This document shows, one piece after another, positions 59,571 through 64,000 of a stretch of 64,000 nucleotides of DNA. The DNA comes from an uncultured Gammaproteobacteria bacterium (GTDB lineage Bacteria > Pseudomonadota > Gammaproteobacteria > UBA9214): positions 64,001-128,000 of the forward strand of contig CAVYZN010000006.1 in assembly GCA_963773065.1 (NCBI GenBank), given 5' to 3'. The translations under genes and the position numbers were made by a program. Position 1 is the first letter of the stretch. Each line of letters opens with the position of its first letter. The notes under the pieces are model-generated. The model did not search any database, had not been told where the DNA came from, and saw nothing but the letters and a program-made list of their open reading frames with translations.

Positions 59571-59891
59571 AAACGTGGTCTGAGGGGAAAAGGGGGAAAA
59601 GGGGACATTCTGGTTTAGGGGAAAAGGGGACATTCTGGTTTACGACCCGTGGCGGAGAAATGGGAGAAATGGGGACATTCTGGTTTACGACCCGTATTGC
59701 TGACAGGCGCGGATCGATATCGAAAAACCAGAATGTCCCCATTATTCCCTCCGGCAAGCCCGAAAGACCTGCTAAACCAGACAGAAAAAACGTGGTCTGC
59801 CTGATGTCTTGTAGGGGAAAAGGGGACATTCTGGTTTACGACCCGTGTTGCTGACAGGCGCGGATCGATATCGAAAAACCAGAATGTCCCC
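59571..59891. repeat. Cluster of 70-bp inverted-repeat elements and partial copies
   Basis: Full copies at 59671-59740 and 59822-59891 (GGGGACATTCTGGTTT ... AAACCAGAATGTCCCC); partial left ends at 59601-59616 and 59626-59651; AAACGTGGTCTG motif at 59571 and 59788, and also at 58071. Confidence 0.9.
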
Positions 59892-59992
59892 ATTACCCAC
59901 TCCTGTGCGTGGTAATCATAAACAGATTGAATTAGCTCTGCGATTGTTTTTGCATCTTTGTCGCTGCTCATCTCAGTAGTAGAGCCTCATGA

Positions 59993-61521
59993 GAATGGCA
60001 CTTAATTAAGGATCAGTGAGGGACGTAGCATAGTCTAATGGTTTGAAACGGAAAGAGAAGGTTGGCTGGGACTGGTAAGATGTTTGTTGCGAAACATCGA
60101 CCCCACCAGCCCTGAGGCCAACCTTCATGAGTCACTGTAACCGTCCGTTGCTGTCACAACAACGTCGTCTTGCCAAACAGGTTCAGAAAATCGATGCCGA
60201 TCATTTCTTCAACCTGCTTACCGGCCCGCAGTTACTGGAGGCGGTGGAGGCGCAGCTCCCCGAGCACCGGGAACGGCACTATCCACCGACGCTGACGTTA
60301 TCGATGTTTTTAGGGCAAGTCATGAGTGCCGACGGCTCCTGTCAGAACACGGTGAATGAAGCGCTGGTCAATCGCCTGCTGAGCGGGATGTCTGTGGGCA
60401 GCGCCAACACCGGCGGCTATTGCATCGCGCGCCAGCGCTTGCCGCAGGAGATGGTGAGCACGCTGGCCCGCCAAACCGGGGCGTTGCTTGGCGTGTACAC
60501 GCCCACGGGGTGGTTGTGGGGCGGGCGGCACGTGAAACTGGTGGATGGCACGACGGTATCGATGCCGGACACCGAGGAGAATCAGGCGCGCTTTCCCCAA
60601 CCGGGGGGACAAGCCCCTGGCGTGGGCTTTCCGCTGGCGCGGCTGGTCGGGGTGATTTCCCTGTCCAACGGCGCGGTGCTCGATGCCGCCATGGGGCCGT
60701 ACCAGGGTAAGGGCACGGGTGAACATGGTCTGTTTCGAGGTCTCAAGGGGGCGTTTGTCGAAGGCGATATCATGCTGGCCGACAGCTATTATTGCAGTTA
60801 TTTCCTGATCGCCGACCTGCAGGGGCGCGGGGTGGACGTGCTGTTCGAGCAGCATGGCGCGCGCCATACGGATTTTCGCCGGGGAGAGCAACTTGGCGCA
60901 CGGGATCATTTGGTGCAGTGGTCCCGGCCTGCCCGGCCGGAGTGGATGAGCCGGGAGGAATACCACAGCTATCCGAAGCAGATCACGGTGCGCGAAGCGA
61001 ACATCGGCAAGAAAGTGCTGGTGACCACCCTGCTCTCGCCACGCAAAACCGCCAAGGCCGAGCTGGAAGCGTTGTTCCTGCAGCGCTGGCATGTGGAGCT
61101 GGATCTGCGCAACATCAAGACCACCCTCGGCATGGAAGCGTTAAGTTGCAAGAGCCCAGCGATGTGCGAGAAGGAAATGTGGGTCTACCTCCTGGCGTAC
61201 AACTTGATTCGGCTGCTGATGGCCGAGGCTGCGCTGCAGGCCAAGGTGGCGCCGCGCCAGTTGAGCTTCAAACATACGCTGCAGATTTGGGTGGCCTGGA
61301 GTCAACGGCAGTTTCTCTCAAGCACCAAAGAAGACACGGCGACCTTGTTCCTGCTCATTGCCCAAATACGGGTAGGAGAACGACCCGGCCGGGTTGAACC
61401 GCGGGCGGTCAAGCGCAGGCCCAAGCCTTATCCACACTTGAACAAACCTCGCTGGAAAGCCCGTCAGGACATCAGAAAACATGGGCATGCAAGGAAGCTT
61501 GAGCTTAATTAAGTGCCATTC
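59993..61521 (+). mobile_element. Complete IS4-family insertion sequence (1529 bp)
   Basis: Perfect 18-bp TIRs GAATGGCACTTAATTAAG (59993-60010 / 61504-61521); 11-bp target duplication GAGCCTCATGA (59982-59992 / 61522-61532). Confidence 0.95.
60127..61512 (+). CDS. IS4 family DDE transposase
   Basis: Intact 461-aa ORF; VDGTT, ADSYY and RWHVELDLRNIK (YREK-like motif). Confidence 0.95.
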   Translation: MSHCNRPLLSQQRRLAKQVQKIDADHFFNLLTGPQLLEAVEAQLPEHRERHYPPTLTLSMFLGQVMSADGSCQNTVNEALVNRLLSGMSVGSANTGGYCIARQRLPQEMVSTLARQTGALLGVYTPTGWLWGGRHVKLVDGTTVSMPDTEENQARFPQPGGQAPGVGFPLARLVGVISLSNGAVLDAAMGPYQGKGTGEHGLFRGLKGAFVEGDIMLADSYYCSYFLIADLQGRGVDVLFEQHGARHTDFRRGEQLGARDHLVQWSRPARPEWMSREEYHSYPKQITVREANIGKKVLVTTLLSPRKTAKAELEALFLQRWHVELDLRNIKTTLGMEALSCKSPAMCEKEMWVYLLAYNLIRLLMAEAALQAKVAPRQLSFKHTLQIWVAWSQRQFLSSTKEDTATLFLLIAQIRVGERPGRVEPRAVKRRPKPYPHLNKPRWKARQDIRKHGHARKLELN

Positions 61522-61977
61522 GAGCCTCATGATAATTCCATTGCGATAAGCATTCCGTCATGCCCAACGACAATTAGAGGGCTTAAAAATCGGGTCTGTC
61601 TTTCGACTTTTCGGTCATGTTTAAACATCGACCTTCTTGAATTCAGTAGGTTGTCTCCGTATAGCATGGCCTAAAAGGAAAAACAAACACAGCTCAAGGC
61701 TGTCGTTGAAGATCGTTTCGGTTTCTACGGTTATCGACTCAATCTTTTCCAGGGCCACTGCCTTTATCCCGGCCGGCACTGGAAATGCCGGGCCTGTTCG
61801 ATGCCGGCCATGTTCGTGAGCACCCGATTAGTCGCCCGGCACAAGCAAGCTCGCTCCTACAGGAGGAATCTCGATGATTCGAGGTCAATTTTTAGAGTGG
61901 GGTATTGCGCTGACTTGCATTTTTCGGCATGGCTTCCGACAGCGGGTTCGCGCAGCACGGCCGCTACAACGCCGCTC

Positions 61978-62935
61978 TCATTCCTTGTCCACCGTGACGT
62001 TGAGATCGATCGCCTGCGCCAGTCCGGATTCGCCGGTCAGGCTGAAATAGCGGGAGAGTTCGTAGGTGAACTTCATCTTCCAGGCCTCGTTGAAGAAGCC
62101 GTAGAGGTACTCCACGTGGATCTTCGAGGTGAGTTGCTTGACGACGCTCACCATGCTCTCGCCTTCCGCGGCGCCGGACTCGACGCCGAGGTCCACGCCG
62201 AGCGCCTGGGTGATCTCCTTCGAGAGAGGGTTGCTGACGCCGAGCCCCGCGGCGGCGGCGATTGCCTGCGATTCGGTACTGCTGGTGGACGAGAGCGGCT
62301 TGCCGGTCAGGAGATAGGACATGGCCTCGGCCTCCGACATCACCGGATCGGAGTAGACCTGCGCGAGCGGCGACTTAAGCGTGCCCGTGATCATGATGCC
62401 GGCCACGACATCGCCGGAGGTGCGGGTGGCGCGGATGTCGAGCGCCGGATCATCCAGGGGTCCGGCGAACAGCAGCCGGCCCTTTTCGATGACGAGCTTC
62501 TGGCCATAGCCTTCATAGGTCCCCTTTTTCAGCTTCAGCACGCCATCGCCGACGATATCGCCCGTCGCCAGGCTGCGCAGCCGCAGGCTCCCACCGAGAT
62601 TCGTGGCCAACCCCAGCCCCTGGAAGCGCACGGCATCGCCGAGCTTCACATTGACGTCGATGACGAGCGCCGTCTTGCCCGCGCCGCGCTCCCCCGGCGG
62701 CACCGGGCCGTGGTCGCCGACGATCACCTGATCATCCGACACCCGCACCACGTTCTCGGGCAATTGCTTCACCTCGATCCTCGCCGTGGGGATGCCGACG
62801 TTGCCCTTGAGTTCGACACGGCGGGTGTCGCCGCTCAGCGTGAGCGCCGGGTCGGCCGTCACGTACGCCTCCGGCAGGCGCGCCACGCCGAACTCCCGGC
62901 CCTCGATGTCCAGGCGGAAGGGCCAGTGCGCCTGG
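61978..62935 (-). pseudogene. tamB: C-terminal part of translocation/assembly module TamB (DUF490), 5'-truncated
   Basis: G.Y..YGQKL.I..G.L.F.GP.D.P.LDI.A, S.P.M...EA.SYLL.G; the reading frame runs into the repeat at 62947. Confidence 0.82.
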
Positions 62936-62946
62936 CTAGGGGAAAT

Positions 62947-63012
62947 GGGGACATTCTGGTTTACGACCCGTGTTGCTGACAGGCGCGGATATCGAAAAAC
63001 CAGAATGTCCCC
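62947..63012. repeat. Third copy (66 bp) of the inverted-repeat element
   Basis: Same TIRs and core as 59822-59891, lacking 4 nt. Confidence 0.92.
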
Positions 63013-63019
63013 ATTATTC

Positions 63020-63149
63020 CCAGTGCTTCTATTAGATTGGCTCTTGCCTCTGCAATGGAATCGCCCTGGCTTGCTACGTCAAGCTCCGGGCAAAGTGATA
63101 CATAGCCATCGCCTTCCCTTTCGATGATTGCCGTTAGTTGCTTAACCAT
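63020..63149 (-). pseudogene. hicB: HicB-family antitoxin, 3'-truncated by the repeat
   Basis: MVKQLTAIIEREGDGYVSLCPELDVASQGDSIAEARANLIEAL, then repeat-derived sequence. Confidence 0.8.
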
Positions 63150-63449
63150 AATGATTTCCTCATATTTGATTTGAGTGGCCGAACGCTCGGATGCTGGGAC
63201 AGCGGCGCCTCAGCGACAACGTTGCCTGGAATCCGTTGATACTCTGATTGGTGCTTCCTCCGCGATTTTCGGGCTTCGACAGGCATGCCCTCGTAAGCTT
63301 CCCCGTGTGTCGAAGTACGCGTCATCTCGGCGTCAGTGAACATGGGTACAAATACAGATGAGGGGCAGAGTAAATTTTTCCAGATATAAGCGGGAACGTG
63401 CTGAGACCCGATTTTTTTGGATGGTTCTTTGAAAGACAGATAGGATTTC

Positions 63450-63752
63450 TCACCATTTTTCTGGCTTGATAATTTTACGAAATTCTTCCGCCTTTTTTAG
63501 TGCTCTTTGGATTTCCTCTTGTGACGGTCTATTTTCATTCTCTCCTGCCTCAATTGCTTCACGCAACAACTGTGCAACCCTAAATTTTACGTATGTAGCT
63601 TCTGCCAAAGATTTATCGCCCGATGATTCCGCAAACGCTTTAAGCCAGAGACCCTCTCGAATTTCTCCGACCTTTATTTCATGAGCCACCACTTCATAAA
63701 GGCGTTCTTCAAGAGCCAGCAACTCATTAGAGTGATCTTCTGATCGTGTCAT
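63450..63752 (-). CDS. Hypothetical protein (low GC)
   Basis: 100-aa ORF with plausible composition (LYE.VA.E....GLW.KA...S.GD...A.A.Y...RV). Confidence 0.6.
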   Translation of the reverse strand: MTRSEDHSNELLALEERLYEVVAHEIKVGEIREGLWLKAFAESSGDKSLAEATYVKFRVAQLLREAIEAGENENRPSQEEIQRALKKAEEFRKIIKPEKW

Positions 63753-63876
63753 GGTATTTGTGTAATTCGTGAGCTATTAGCCTAATTTTCTGTCATTCCC
63801 ATAAATTTATCATCGTTCTTGAACTGCTGATCTCATGAGCTAAATGCAGCGAATTTCAATCAGCCAATATCGTTGT

Positions 63877-64000
63877 TCATAATTCGTCATCGCCATCAAA
63901 CCTGTTCTCGTAACCGGGCAGGTTTCTCAACCCAAGTTCGTCTGTGTCAAATTCTTTATCCCTGTTATCGATAATCTTGGTATCTACAACAACACCCTCC
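63877..64000 (-). CDS. 3' end of a hypothetical protein entering from beyond the window
   Basis: Open frame EGVVVDTKIIDNRDKEFDTDELGLRNLPGYENRFDGDDEL*. Confidence 0.4.
   Translation of the reverse strand, partial: EGVVVDTKIIDNRDKEFDTDELGLRNLPGYENRFDGDDEL

Noticed and set aside
59571-59891. CRISPR array
   Set aside because: The repeats are inverted pairs with an identical core, there are no regularly spaced unique spacers, and no cas genes are present.
63175-63260. Integron attC site near the small low-GC genes
   Set aside because: No convincing RYYYAAC...GTTRRRY pairing, and no integrase in the window.

Overview
This is a GC-rich bacterial window, probably from a Gammaproteobacterium (inference). 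Most genes carry 1-4 single-base indels that look like long-read consensus errors, so genes were reconstructed across frames. The dominant feature is a roughly 53-kb cell-envelope locus containing candidates for every core step of bacterial ceramide synthesis. The right arm (50.6-54.3 kb) has an ACP, serine palmitoyltransferase and a PPTase. The left arm (2.9-11.7 kb) has a fatty acyl-AMP ligase, a CerR-like reductase, a bCerS-like N-acyltransferase, a DAGK-family kinase, an NTP transferase, a metallophosphoesterase and a Tam41-like protein. These genes sit next to a Sat-CysC fusion with degenerate sulfurylase motifs, five PAPS-dependent sulfotransferase-fold genes, a 2OG-Fe(II) oxygenase, a sialylmotif-bearing GT29-like protein, two GT8-like paralogues, two ELM1/GtrOC1-like proteins, two MsbA-like ABC exporters and a murA inside the spt operon. 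The best hypothesis is a pathway for a sulfated (glyco)sphingolipid. A partly decayed, lower-GC Wzx/Wzy polysaccharide block (about 21.5-47 kb) separates the two arms and includes an MntA-HepT toxin-antitoxin pair between two manC 3' ends. The last 10 kb is accessory DNA: a BNR propeller plus MoaD-like pair, FKBP, a dockerin-SGNH protein, NmrA, orphan antitoxins, an intact IS4 element, a 70-bp inverted-repeat element at gene breakpoints, and a truncated tamB.
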